The notes beneath the pieces were generated by a model. It did not search any database and was not told where the DNA came from. It saw only the letters and a program-made list of their open reading frames with translations. Of a DNA stretch of 64,000 bases, positions 38,532 through 46,774 are shown piece after piece. Source of the stretch: a virus. Lineage: Duplodnaviria > Heunggongvirae > Uroviricota > Caudoviricetes. A program made the position numbers and the translations under genes. The first letter of the stretch is position 1. The number at the start of each line of letters is the position of its first letter. The stretch lies in the IMG/VR virus record IMGVR_UViG_3300042887_002597, positions 46,234 through 110,233 of that record; one strand, written 5' to 3'.

Positions 38532-39174
38532 CGCACGTCATGTGCAGTAAGTCTACCATAAGGTATAGATCGTTCAGCATATCGCGGAACGCCACGCGTC
38601 TCTCGCTAGCCGTGACCATCTCAAAGTCCGCGTATCCGTCAGTATCCGTGTTGTGTACGCGTATGATGCAATACCCAATGTCTTTGCACGATTTGAGCAG
38701 ATCCTTATGCCGTAATAGTGCGCCATCCGAGATGGTTACAATACGTGACTTCTCATCAAATGACATCACATGGCCTTCTTGGAAGATATCTATGAACACC
38801 ACGTTATCCACGGTTGCTACGCCATCAGTCTCCTTGACATGGTACGATATACACGACGCTAAGCCAGATTCTCCAACAAGCGTCTGTCTCCCGCTATTAT
38901 CAATGATCCCATATAGTACTGTGGATCTATGCGCTGGAGTAGGGTGCTTGCCAATCGCAAATACCTTGGCCTTTGTGTACCTTGGCATAGCTAAATTCTC
39001 ATGCTTGTTGTCAAACAGCATCTGCTCGAACATATCCTTGAACTGCGGGTAAGTATGTCCAGGTTCTACAACCCACACGTACTGCCCCATCTTGAATTTT
39101 GGTTTGTCTTTCATACCTGCGTTTTTTGTGTGTTTTCTATTATTGTGTAAAAGCGTTGCTCTGAGTCTATTCAT
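38476..39174 (-). CDS. hypothetical protein
   Basis: 232-aa ORF. Confidence 0.6.
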   Translation of the reverse strand: MNRLRATLLHNNRKHTKNAGMKDKPKFKMGQYVWVVEPGHTYPQFKDMFEQMLFDNKHENLAMPRYTKAKVFAIGKHPTPAHRSTVLYGIIDNSGRQTLVGESGLASCISYHVKETDGVATVDNVVFIDIFQEGHVMSFDEKSRIVTISDGALLRHKDLLKSCKDIGYCIIRVHNTDTDGYADFEMVTASERRVAFRDMLNDLYLMVDLLHMTCVAPTNKQPTLHERFRHSL

Positions 39175-39206
39175 TTATGTATGTTATATGTGACCAAACG
39201 CGCGAT

Positions 39207-39536
39207 TTATGCGGGTTTGGTAACGTTTATGTTACCTTCTTCTACTGCACGATCTCTGGTATCCTTGTCTAGCCACACGTCAAGGTACAATGTCTTACTC
39301 CCGTAAACACCCTGGAACATTGCGCGATTTGCTTCTGGCCCTGTATCCATCCATGGTCTGAACACCACGGATATATTGGTCTCTGTGTTAGTTACACGAA
39401 TGTCATCTTTGCACCAAGCCCCGAACCCAGTGTTACGTAGAAACAGATTGTCTACTGTAACGTGCAATGTACGCATGTCTTCCTCGTATATGAAGTCTCC
39501 TTTTGATGGATTAAGTATTAATGTATATTCTGCCAT
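39207..39536 (-). CDS. hypothetical protein (paralog of 38193..38531)
   Basis: 109 aa. Confidence 0.55.
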   Translation of the reverse strand: MAEYTLILNPSKGDFIYEEDMRTLHVTVDNLFLRNTGFGAWCKDDIRVTNTETNISVVFRPWMDTGPEANRAMFQGVYGSKTLYLDVWLDKDTRDRAVEEGNINVTKPA

Positions 39537-39539
39537 AAT

Positions 39540-39868
39540 AGTGTTGTTTCTTGTGTATGCTAATGTCTCTTATAGGCCCATCGGGGGGTGGGATAGACAC
39601 CACACACCGTGTGGGGTTGAGTGTCTGTTTCCTATAGGAAAAAAAATTTGTGCGGGATATAAACCCGTCTAGTTGGCGTTTTAAAACGCGCTTATACCCC
39701 CGGTTTTCACGTTATTATAGGGGTGTATACCCCCCCTATATTCGCCGGAAATCATAGGGGGGACCCCCCTTGTTTACAGCTGTTCTAGAGGGGGGGACCC
39801 CTCCCGCTTATACCGGCGTATGTACCCCCCCTATGCCCCCATGTTTCTATGGGTGTATCCCCCTATGC
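39540..39868. repeat. intergenic cluster of G-run/C-run inverted repeats (GGGGGG-N-CCCCCC hairpins) with TATAGGGG/CCCCTATA motifs
   Basis: At least 6 copies: ATAGGGGTGTATACCCCCCCTAT, CATAGGGGGGACCCCCCTTG, GAGGGGGGGACCCCTCCC, TACCCCCCCTATGCCCCCATG, GGGTGTATCCCCCTATG, and CCACACACCGTGTGG. The only strongly GC-rich stretch in the window. Confidence 0.6.
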
Positions 39869-42001
39869 CTATGCTTTCGCAGATGGTGCGAGGAACTTGC
39901 TGTTCAATGTTCTTGCTATCCCTAGCATGTCCTGCGCAGTTACTGCGAAGCTGTTCTTCACTCCGTACATCCCTGAGAAGTAATCCTTCACTACTGGCTT
40001 ACGGTTGTTATCCCCGTATGACCCGTACTCTATGAAGAAGCTTATTATCTTCATCCCTAACTGGTTCTCTAAGAGCTGCATGTACTTGCGGGTATGCTTA
40101 GATGCTGCTTCCCCGTAGTAATTGCCTGTTCCACCTGGAGCTCCGTCAGAGAAGTTAATGAAGTAGCTGTCGCAGTTAGTGCTGCTTGGCACGAACATGT
40201 TACGCTTGTATTGCGCTTCGAAGCATAGTCCCTCCGGAGTCACGCTACAAGTGCTGGTTAGCGCTAAGGCTTGCATAAGCTGTTGTAGCGGGTTAATGCG
40301 GCTGTCGTAAACAGTGATGATTACTGGGCTGCTTAGCTTATCGTTAGCAGTATGTCTAAGGCTTACTTGTACGTGCATGTTAGTGCAGTGTCTAGCAGCC
40401 TTGGCAATTGCGATGGTCATAGACGATGTCTGTTCCCACTTGTCTCCTCCCATACTACCACTTGCATCCAGCGATAAGTGCAGGTTTACACCCTTATACT
40501 TATCTACGTGGATCTGCTTGAAGATGTTCTCTACTCCGTATCCTGCGTGGGCTATACGCTTAGCATCTAGACCACCAGTTCTCAAGCGGTTTGTAACCAA
40601 CTCTCTCTCCTCGTTTCTAAGCTGCAACTTACGTCCCAACATAGCTCCCTGGTTGAATCCCGCTTGTACTGCCTTGTCCTTACCTGCACTTACTCCTCTG
40701 TAGAAGTAAGAGCCTATTGCTTCGTTCAAGATATGCGCGTACACACGTTGTCTATCCTCAGGTACAGTGGAGCTTAGAAGCGCCATGTATTCCATGAAGA
40801 TACGGCCGTTCTTAGTAAGGTCGTAGGTTACTGCAGTAAAGCTCTGGATACTATCATCGCCTCCAACCTGCTGTATTTCTGCAGCAGCTTGCGTTAAGCT
40901 TTGTACCTTTCTCTGCAGGTTCTTAGTACCTTCCTTTCTCTCACCAACTCTGCCCTCTCCTAGATCCTTCTGTTTCTGCAGCTGTTCGAGAGCCTCTCGC
41001 ATCTGCGCATTAGTAAGGTCTTCTAGAGTCTCTCCTTCTCCTTCCCCACTATCTTCGCCAGACTCATCATCCTCGCCATCTTCCCCACCAGAATTGCCGT
41101 CTCCACCTTCTTCCTCATCATCCTCTTCACCGCCATTACCCTGGCCTTTGCCACCCTTGTCCTTAGACTGCTTATCCTGCGGATCTCCGTCCTTCTCCTC
41201 TTGCTCCTGCAGTTCCTCCGCCTTAGCGATAGCTTGTTCGATCAAGTCATGCACTTCCTGTGCAAGATCTATAACATCCTGGGTAGTCTTCAAACGTGCA
41301 ATGTTCGCAGTGTCTATAAGATCCAAGACTTGCTTAAGCCCAGGCATAGCGTTAGGATCCGAAGCTGGGTTCAGACAGTTGATGATACGCATCTCCCACG
41401 ACTCCCACTGCGAAGCATCACGGAACTTGCGACTCTTCAGAGCCTTAGTAATCGCATCAGCTACGAAGTACGTATCGTACAACTTGTGATAGTATGCGCG
41501 ATACCCGGGGGAAGTAGAGAACACGAACTGGTCAATACGTCTGTCCTCAATCCAGTTAATAAGCGGGAATAAGGTCTGCCACTTCATATGACCAGTGTCC
41601 ATGCGTGTTTGCGTAGTAGCATCAAAGTCAGTCATAATGCAGTGTGCAGACTCGTGTAGAGCCAGCGCTACGTGCAGGTCAAAGTTAGCATCCTTAATGT
41701 CCGCAGATAACGAGATGGTCTTGCCATCCGTATAGCTCTGGTTTCCCTGGAAGACTAGCTTGATATCCTTCTTAGTCAGGATCTTTGCGAAGTTCCCGAT
41801 GGCACGGTGATAACCCGCTAATTTAATAGCTTTGATCACATCACTGGTACCCTTGGAACCTGCACCAAGTCCGGAGAACTTATCTGATGCACCCCAGCTC
41901 TTGTCCATCCAGAAACTGCTATAATTGCGGGTTGTATCGTACTTAGACTTCGCAGTCTTTGCGTGTTTCCCGACGATCGATTTAATGCTTGCGTTTTTCA
42001 T
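39869..42001 (-). CDS. CobT-like protein: N-terminal HExxH motif, acidic Gly/Glu/Asp linker, C-terminal von Willebrand A (MIDAS) domain
   Basis: 710 aa. LHESAHC (HExxH); about 60-aa poly-acidic stretch GEEDDEEEGGDGNSGGEDGEDDESGEDSGEGEGE; MIDAS motif HLSLDASGSMGG. This architecture partners MoxR/CobS AAA ATPases. Confidence 0.65.
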   Translation of the reverse strand: MKNASIKSIVGKHAKTAKSKYDTTRNYSSFWMDKSWGASDKFSGLGAGSKGTSDVIKAIKLAGYHRAIGNFAKILTKKDIKLVFQGNQSYTDGKTISLSADIKDANFDLHVALALHESAHCIMTDFDATTQTRMDTGHMKWQTLFPLINWIEDRRIDQFVFSTSPGYRAYYHKLYDTYFVADAITKALKSRKFRDASQWESWEMRIINCLNPASDPNAMPGLKQVLDLIDTANIARLKTTQDVIDLAQEVHDLIEQAIAKAEELQEQEEKDGDPQDKQSKDKGGKGQGNGGEEDDEEEGGDGNSGGEDGEDDESGEDSGEGEGETLEDLTNAQMREALEQLQKQKDLGEGRVGERKEGTKNLQRKVQSLTQAAAEIQQVGGDDSIQSFTAVTYDLTKNGRIFMEYMALLSSTVPEDRQRVYAHILNEAIGSYFYRGVSAGKDKAVQAGFNQGAMLGRKLQLRNEERELVTNRLRTGGLDAKRIAHAGYGVENIFKQIHVDKYKGVNLHLSLDASGSMGGDKWEQTSSMTIAIAKAARHCTNMHVQVSLRHTANDKLSSPVIITVYDSRINPLQQLMQALALTSTCSVTPEGLCFEAQYKRNMFVPSSTNCDSYFINFSDGAPGGTGNYYGEAASKHTRKYMQLLENQLGMKIISFFIEYGSYGDNNRKPVVKDYFSGMYGVKNSFAVTAQDMLGIARTLNSKFLAPSAKA

Positions 42002-42019
42002 ATGTGTGTGTATTATAGG

Positions 42020-42082
42020 ATAAAGATCACCCTATTATTTGGATATACAACCGGTGTGCATAAATTTAGAATGATTCTAAAT
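42020..42082 (-). promoter_or_regulatory. early-type promoter (GGTGATCTTTATCC -7 variant, CGGTTGT -33) preceded by ATTTAGA-N5-TCTAAAT operator-like palindrome
   Basis: The same arrangement recurs at 35342-35375, 37627-37736 and 47761-47822. Confidence 0.45.
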
Positions 42083-42106
42083 AAGTAACCAGCTGAGTAT
42101 CAGTAA

Positions 42107-42128
42107 ACTAAGAACCCCCTTTGACGGG
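42107..42128 (-). terminator. terminator-like hairpin
   Basis: AACCCCCC-GTCAAA-GGGGGGTT stem-loop following the stop of 42167..42499. The T-run is weak. Confidence 0.4.
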
Positions 42129-42166
42129 GGGTTCATTAGCTTTGTAACACACACAAAACCACTAAG

Positions 42167-42499
42167 TTAGGCTAGAAACTTCTCGCCCTTCTTAGTAATA
42201 CGATATACACCGTTGTCTACGCGCTTTAACAGCTTCTCAGACACGGCAGTACGTGCAGCACGCAATACTACACCATCGAATGAACGATTGTCCATTTCTG
42301 TAGTAGGGATGCGCATTCTACGACGTAGGGTTGAACGGTCAATAGTTTCCTCGTTTGATGCAGCGTAGAGGACACGCTCTTTCCATGTTTTGGTCATAAC
42401 CTTATGTATTGATTTATATTTACAATATACGCTAAACATTCCGTTAAAACAACGGGTTGGGTGTTTATTTTTTATAGAAAAAAATTTGCGGATCGGCAA
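42167..42499 (-). CDS. putative DNA-binding protein (winged-helix-like C-terminus)
   Basis: 110-aa ORF; the likely real start is the internal MTKTWKERV. C-terminal GVYRITKKGEKFLA resembles a wing/recognition segment. Inference. Confidence 0.45.
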   Translation of the reverse strand: MPIRKFFSIKNKHPTRCFNGMFSVYCKYKSIHKVMTKTWKERVLYAASNEETIDRSTLRRRMRIPTTEMDNRSFDGVVLRAARTAVSEKLLKRVDNGVYRITKKGEKFLA

Positions 42500-42830
42500 A
42501 AGAATTTGTTAGTTTTCCTTTCCCCCCTAATTTTCATGAGTGTCTATCTTTTTTTAATATGTCTTGTTTATACGCCCTAAGGAAACAATAGGCTAAAAGT
42601 ATCTAAGTGTCTATCCTATCCTTATGTATACAATAAAGGGGGAAGCTTTCGTTCTCCCCCCCGTACTATACTATGTGTATCTATCCCTTCTTACCCCTCT
42701 TGTTCTTCCACTTTCTCTCTTGTATCTTCTCTCGTACTAACCCCCCTAACAATAGTACTAATAGCCCTGTACTGACTATAAGGGTCATCCAATGTATTTC
42801 TATTCTATCCATCTATATGCCCTCCTTCAG
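42480..42830. repeat. intergenic regulatory region with direct repeats GTGTCTATC (x3), a GGGGGAAG...CTCCCCC hairpin and a 160-nt pyrimidine-rich tract
   Basis: GAGTGTCTATCTTT (42536), AAGTGTCTATCCTATCC (42605), ATGTGTATCTATCCC (42672). Plus-strand sequence from 42700-42830 is about 75% C/T. Confidence 0.5.
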
Positions 42831-43090
42831 TAGGTTTCGTATGTCTGTTCAAAGATATTTGGTTTGCATGGATAGTATTCTCCTTGCACTCCTTTAATGA
42901 TCCAATCCCCTTCTGTAGCTATATGCTGCCCTTCTAAGGTTGGAATGATACAAGTACATTTGCCATCTATTCTCTTCTCGATTGTAAGAGTGTGTGCCTT
43001 GCCTTGTGTGAAGGATTGTACTGCTTTCCAATTCATTCTGGTGAACTGTACTGCTTCTATCACTATTGGTTTCTTTCTGAACTTTGCCAT
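42827..43090 (-). CDS. hypothetical protein
   Basis: 87-aa ORF. Confidence 0.55.
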   Translation of the reverse strand: MAKFRKKPIVIEAVQFTRMNWKAVQSFTQGKAHTLTIEKRIDGKCTCIIPTLEGQHIATEGDWIIKGVQGEYYPCKPNIFEQTYETY

Positions 43091-43102
43091 TGTTTTATCT
43101 AT

Positions 43103-43261
43103 TGCCTTTTCTTTATGCTATCATACACTACAACGTAGATCATTGTTACCATTAGTAATAGTATCCCTACTGCTGGCCATAGGAACATTGATACTGCGAA
43201 CCCTAATAGTCCTAATAGGATTGCTGTTGTTATTAAGTGTGCCTTTGTGTTGCTCATTGCT
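43103..43261 (-). CDS. small two-TM membrane protein (52 aa)
   Basis: My own translation: MSNTKAHLITTAILLGLLGFAVSMFLWPAVGILLLMVTMIYVVVYDSIKKRQ. The antisense plus-strand ORF 42897..43274 is Leu-rich and looks spurious. Confidence 0.4.
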
Positions 43262-43262
43262 T

Positions 43263-43613
43263 TTACTTCTTTAGCCAGTATAGATTCTCTGAGTCCCCAT
43301 CCATATAGAATGCTACCTCTCCTATCTTAGGCTTATTGTTAGTATAGAATACCACTCCGTTCTCTGATGTTACTTCCCACTTGTATCCATCCATGTTTGT
43401 TTTGGTTACACTTGTAATAGGTACTGGGAACAATGGTGTAAGGAGATCAGTTGCTGTGTCTGGGATGCTTGTTGTTGTATTGCTACTGCTGCTATCCCTT
43501 GCTGCTTTCCATAATAGCTTTTGTGCTACTTGAGGTGTTAGTGACTCTTCCCCTTGGCAAGATGTCATTAGTGTTATAGCTATTGCTGCTAATGTTATGT
43601 ATGCTCTTTTCAT
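43263..43613 (-). CDS. lipoprotein
   Basis: 116 aa. MKRAYITLAAIAITLMTSC signal peptide with lipobox. Confidence 0.6.
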   Translation of the reverse strand: MKRAYITLAAIAITLMTSCQGEESLTPQVAQKLLWKAARDSSSSNTTTSIPDTATDLLTPLFPVPITSVTKTNMDGYKWEVTSENGVVFYTNNKPKIGEVAFYMDGDSENLYWLKK

Positions 43614-43626
43614 TTGCGTTTGTGTA

Positions 43627-44112
43627 TTAGTGTCTTATCTCGTTAATGGTATCCTGTTGGGATGTTGTGTCTGCTGGGTACATGATTATAGTCCCGAAGT
43701 CGTATACTGTGTCCTGCTTCTCTATTGTTACTATGATAGGTACTCGTTCCCCATACTGATCTACCCAGTACAAGTCTTGTGTTACCTTTGGTGAGCATCC
43801 TATTAGTAGTGTTACCATTGCTACTGAGAGTATTCGTAATGCGCCTGCCATGTAACCCTTTACCCAGATGTCCTTGTCTTGCTCTGTACACCCGTCACAT
43901 CCTTCCCATGCTTGCTCTGCCATCCCTTGTAGTTCTGACACACGTTCCATTCTACGCATCTGCTCAGTCTTAATTAAAGCGTCTGCATAGTCTGATACAG
44001 ACTTCTTAACATCCTGAGGTGTCTCTTGTAATAGTCTCTCTACCGTCTTAGTCTTCATCGTTCCCCCTCCAGTTCTTTGATTAGAGCCTTCATTGCTTCG
44101 TATTGTCCCCAC
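43627..44112 (-). CDS. membrane protein
   Basis: 161 aa with internal TM ALRILSVAMVTLLIG. Confidence 0.55.
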   Translation of the reverse strand: MGTIRSNEGSNQRTGGGTMKTKTVERLLQETPQDVKKSVSDYADALIKTEQMRRMERVSELQGMAEQAWEGCDGCTEQDKDIWVKGYMAGALRILSVAMVTLLIGCSPKVTQDLYWVDQYGERVPIIVTIEKQDTVYDFGTIIMYPADTTSQQDTINEIRH

Positions 44113-44396
44113 GTTAGTTGGAATCTGCTATCCATCATAATGTTCCCACTCACTTCTACATCAAAGCCTTCCCCATTGTGCCACTCACATACTTCTATGT
44201 AGTCGTTTGGTTTAGCTAAGTGGTCGAACTCAGTGAGCTCAGCGAACACAGCTTTGCGGTTGTATCCTTGTATAGTACTCTTTTGCATCTCCATCTCTTT
44301 AGCCTGCTCAAAGGCTGATTGGAATAGTTGTTCTTGCTCGTACGTAAGTCCGCTCTTTAGGACCTTCTCTAGCCATTCAATTGTGTTCTGTTTACT
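44055..44396 (-). CDS. small MSKQ-family protein, paralog 3
   Basis: Start re-set to the internal MSKQNTIEWLEK (the track ORF begins 40 codons upstream and overlaps the upstream gene out of frame). The upstream paralog's stop overlaps this start. Confidence 0.55.
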   Translation of the reverse strand, partial: SKQNTIEWLEKVLKSGLTYEQEQLFQSAFEQAKEMEMQKSTIQGYNRKAVFAELTEFDHLAKPNDYIEVCEWHNGEGFDVEVSGNIMMDSRFQLTWGQYEAMKALIKELEGER

Positions 44397-44613
44397 CATT
44401 GCTATCTCTATATGTTTCGTTGTAGTATTGTTCAGAAGTACCACATTGTCCACCTGATATACCATCATACCAAGCAGTTTCAATCTGCTCCTTCTCCATC
44501 TCTTTGGCTTGTTCAATCATATGAGTAGGAATCCAATTGCCATTTTTATGAATTTCTTCCCCATTTTTATTAATTTCTTCCACCAACCATTCAACCGCAG
44601 TTTGCTTACTCAT
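44392..44613 (-). CDS. small MSKQ-family protein, paralog 2
   Basis: MSKQTAVEWLVEEINK ... YYNETYRDSNE. Shares its N-terminus and YYNETY C-terminus with paralog 1. Confidence 0.55.
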   Translation of the reverse strand: MSKQTAVEWLVEEINKNGEEIHKNGNWIPTHMIEQAKEMEKEQIETAWYDGISGGQCGTSEQYYNETYRDSNE

Positions 44614-44833
44614 TGTTACCTCCATACGTCTCGTTGTAGTATAGTTCTGCTCTGCCCATATTAGGATCGAAGTTTGTTCCCATAGAGTCGTACACTGCTT
44701 TCATTAGCTGCTCCTTCTCCATCTGGATAGCTTGCTCCACTATATCCTTCCACTGCTCTCCTGAGAGTGTCTTCTGGTTCTCTTCATCGGCTACTTGTTC
44801 CATTAGCCAATGTACTGCTGTTTGCTTACTCAT
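44606..44833 (-). CDS. small MSKQ-family protein, paralog 1
   Basis: MSKQTAVHWLMEQVADEE ... YYNETYGGNNE. Its start overlaps the stop of 44830..45099. Confidence 0.55.
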   Translation of the reverse strand: MSKQTAVHWLMEQVADEENQKTLSGEQWKDIVEQAIQMEKEQLMKAVYDSMGTNFDPNMGRAELYYNETYGGNNE

Positions 44834-45099
44834 AGTTTTTCTAGTTCTTGTTTTACTTTCCCCCAATATCTAAACTCTGAATCCATGTTCTGAAGTTCGA
44901 GTGATTCACCTCTACCATAGTCAGTAAGTGCTTGTTCTATCTCATCTACTGCTATCAAGGCACATTGCTTAATTTGGCTGTCGTACATAGAGACAGGTAG
45001 TCCTTGAGAGTACTTGTTCTTACCTCTTAACTTCCGATAATGAATCACATTCATCTTGGCTAATAAATCTTCTGCCTTTTCTTTTGGTGTCATAGTCAT
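44830..45099 (-). CDS. hypothetical protein
   Basis: 89-aa ORF. Confidence 0.55.
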   Translation of the reverse strand: MTMTPKEKAEDLLAKMNVIHYRKLRGKNKYSQGLPVSMYDSQIKQCALIAVDEIEQALTDYGRGESLELQNMDSEFRYWGKVKQELEKL

Positions 45100-45225
45100 T
45101 TAGTTTTAGATAATTCCTCTGGTCACTAAGTCAAGTACAATTATGCCTACGATGCCTCCAATAGCAAACCCTAATGTAAATCCGTTCATAAACACTTCTT
45201 CTTTCTTTTCCATAGTCATTTAGTT

Positions 45226-45795
45226 TTATAGGTCTGAACCATACAATCCGTTCTTCTTATCTTCTTCCATCAACTCAATAAGAGCTTCCTTCTGCTTACC
45301 CTTTGTGTAATAGTCTCTCTCGATCTTACTGGCCATGTCTTGTAGTTCTCGGTCTGCTACAATACTGATACGTAAGTCATACCACTCCCACTTGGTCTTC
45401 CAGTCCATGAACCTTATTCCTTTAGTCAGTCTCTGAGATAGTTTGCTCAGTCTCCAATTACGTACTCTCACAATAGACTTATCGTTGCCGAATAAATCCA
45501 GTAAGCGTAGGAACCATCTTGGACATAGTGCTGGCTTAGCCTTCTTGTCCATAGCAAGTACTAACGGTCGTATCACTTCACTTATGTCACTACCTTCAGT
45601 TGTGTGAATGTAGCCTAAGTAACCATACTTCTCGTTGAAGTCCTTTGGAAAGAATACCTCACGTAGATCGTTCCACGTGATATCTCTCGTGTGAATCATA
45701 CCTTTCTTTCTACCCTTCCAGAACATAGCACTACGACCGAAGTCTGCTGCACGTTGCTGGAAGGTTCTATTATCTACTATCTTGAACTTACTCAT
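45226..45795 (-). CDS. hypothetical protein
   Basis: 189-aa ORF, Trp/Arg-rich. Confidence 0.6.
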   Translation of the reverse strand: MSKFKIVDNRTFQQRAADFGRSAMFWKGRKKGMIHTRDITWNDLREVFFPKDFNEKYGYLGYIHTTEGSDISEVIRPLVLAMDKKAKPALCPRWFLRLLDLFGNDKSIVRVRNWRLSKLSQRLTKGIRFMDWKTKWEWYDLRISIVADRELQDMASKIERDYYTKGKQKEALIELMEEDKKNGLYGSDL

Positions 45796-46091
45796 ATTAT
45801 TACTGCTACGTCTTTATCTGTTACATCGAACTCACTTGTGCCAACTGCAATGTTATGCACTTCAAAGTCCACAAAGCCTGCATCCATCCCTGGTAGAATC
45901 TCAGTGTCAGGATGCACTGGTAGTTCTTCGTATCGTGTTGTAGTTGACAGTACTTCCCCATCAAACTCCTGCACAACCTCCTTCACAAAGTTGAATCGTA
46001 CGACCCAGCCTTTGCTTTCTGTGTACGCTAACTTACCGGTCATAGTCCTATCTTTGGTGCTATTGTATTGGTGGATGCGAATTGTATCCAC
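45792..46091 (-). CDS. hypothetical protein
   Basis: 99-aa ORF, 4-nt overlap with the downstream gene. Confidence 0.55.
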   Translation of the reverse strand: MDTIRIHQYNSTKDRTMTGKLAYTESKGWVVRFNFVKEVVQEFDGEVLSTTTRYEELPVHPDTEILPGMDAGFVDFEVHNIAVGTSEFDVTDKDVAVII

Positions 46092-46354
46092 TTAGCTACA
46101 TCGTCTGCACTGCAGTGTCCTAAGACTTCATCATGCTTCTCCTCGAACTCATACCAGGTTCCATTAGCATCCCAGATAGCAATCTCTGCTGTAGTGCATT
46201 GTGTCTTGGACTCCTTGTTCTTGTTTGCACAGTAGTTGCCCATACCGAACTGAACGCTAATGGTATTGCCGTTACTGAACTTCATAGTGAATCCAGATGG
46301 GACTAGCGTCTGCAGTTCCTGCATGGATTTAGGGTGTTTGTTTATCTTTATCAT
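46040..46354 (-). CDS. hypothetical protein
   Basis: 104-aa ORF. Confidence 0.5.
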   Translation of the reverse strand: MIKINKHPKSMQELQTLVPSGFTMKFSNGNTISVQFGMGNYCANKNKESKTQCTTAEIAIWDANGTWYEFEEKHDEVLGHCSADDVAKWIQFASTNTIAPKIGL

Positions 46355-46360
46355 TGCGTG

Positions 46361-46705
46361 TTATTTATCATATCCTACGAACTTCGCATCAAAATCCTCG
46401 ACATACCCCATCTCCACTAACTCATCCCAACACCAGTCATTCAACCAGTAGTTCTGTACCATTTCAAGATTGCGAATAGCATCCATATGGATAGCGTCTA
46501 CATCGTAGCCAGTTCCAAAGCTATATCCGCATACACTCTTTGCAATCTCCATTACGTCGGTAGTCTTGCTATGATACAATGCCTTGTCTAACGCCTCTTT
46601 GATTGCAGTTTTCATCTTGTCAGCAACCATGTCATTGTGCTCGTACATTGCGGGATTCCAAGGTTTAGTAATCTCAATGCCGTGTTTTGTTCCTAATACT
46701 TTCAT
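46361..46705 (-). CDS. hypothetical protein
   Basis: 114-aa ORF preceded by a promoter-like element at 46736-46762. Confidence 0.6.
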   Translation of the reverse strand: MKVLGTKHGIEITKPWNPAMYEHNDMVADKMKTAIKEALDKALYHSKTTDVMEIAKSVCGYSFGTGYDVDAIHMDAIRNLEMVQNYWLNDWCWDELVEMGYVEDFDAKFVGYDK

Positions 46706-46774
46706 ATGTGTGTTTTTTTGTGTTTGATAAATATACGCTGATTATTTCGTTGAGACAACAGTTGTTCATAACTC

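Noticed and set aside
39540-39868. CRISPR array
   Set aside because: The repeats are inverted palindromes of variable sequence and spacing, not direct repeats of fixed length separated by unique spacers. No cas genes are present.
42897-43274. 125-aa plus-strand ORF with a poly-Leu tail (LLLLSVPLCCSLLLLL)
   Set aside because: It is antisense to a plausible small minus-strand membrane-protein gene, and its Leu-run composition is an artefact of reading the T-rich strand.
43643-43891. 82-aa alternative-frame minus-strand ORF inside 43627..44112
   Set aside because: It is fully nested in a different frame of a longer ORF that has a clear TM segment. Its Arg/Gly/Thr-rich composition suggests an overprinting artefact.
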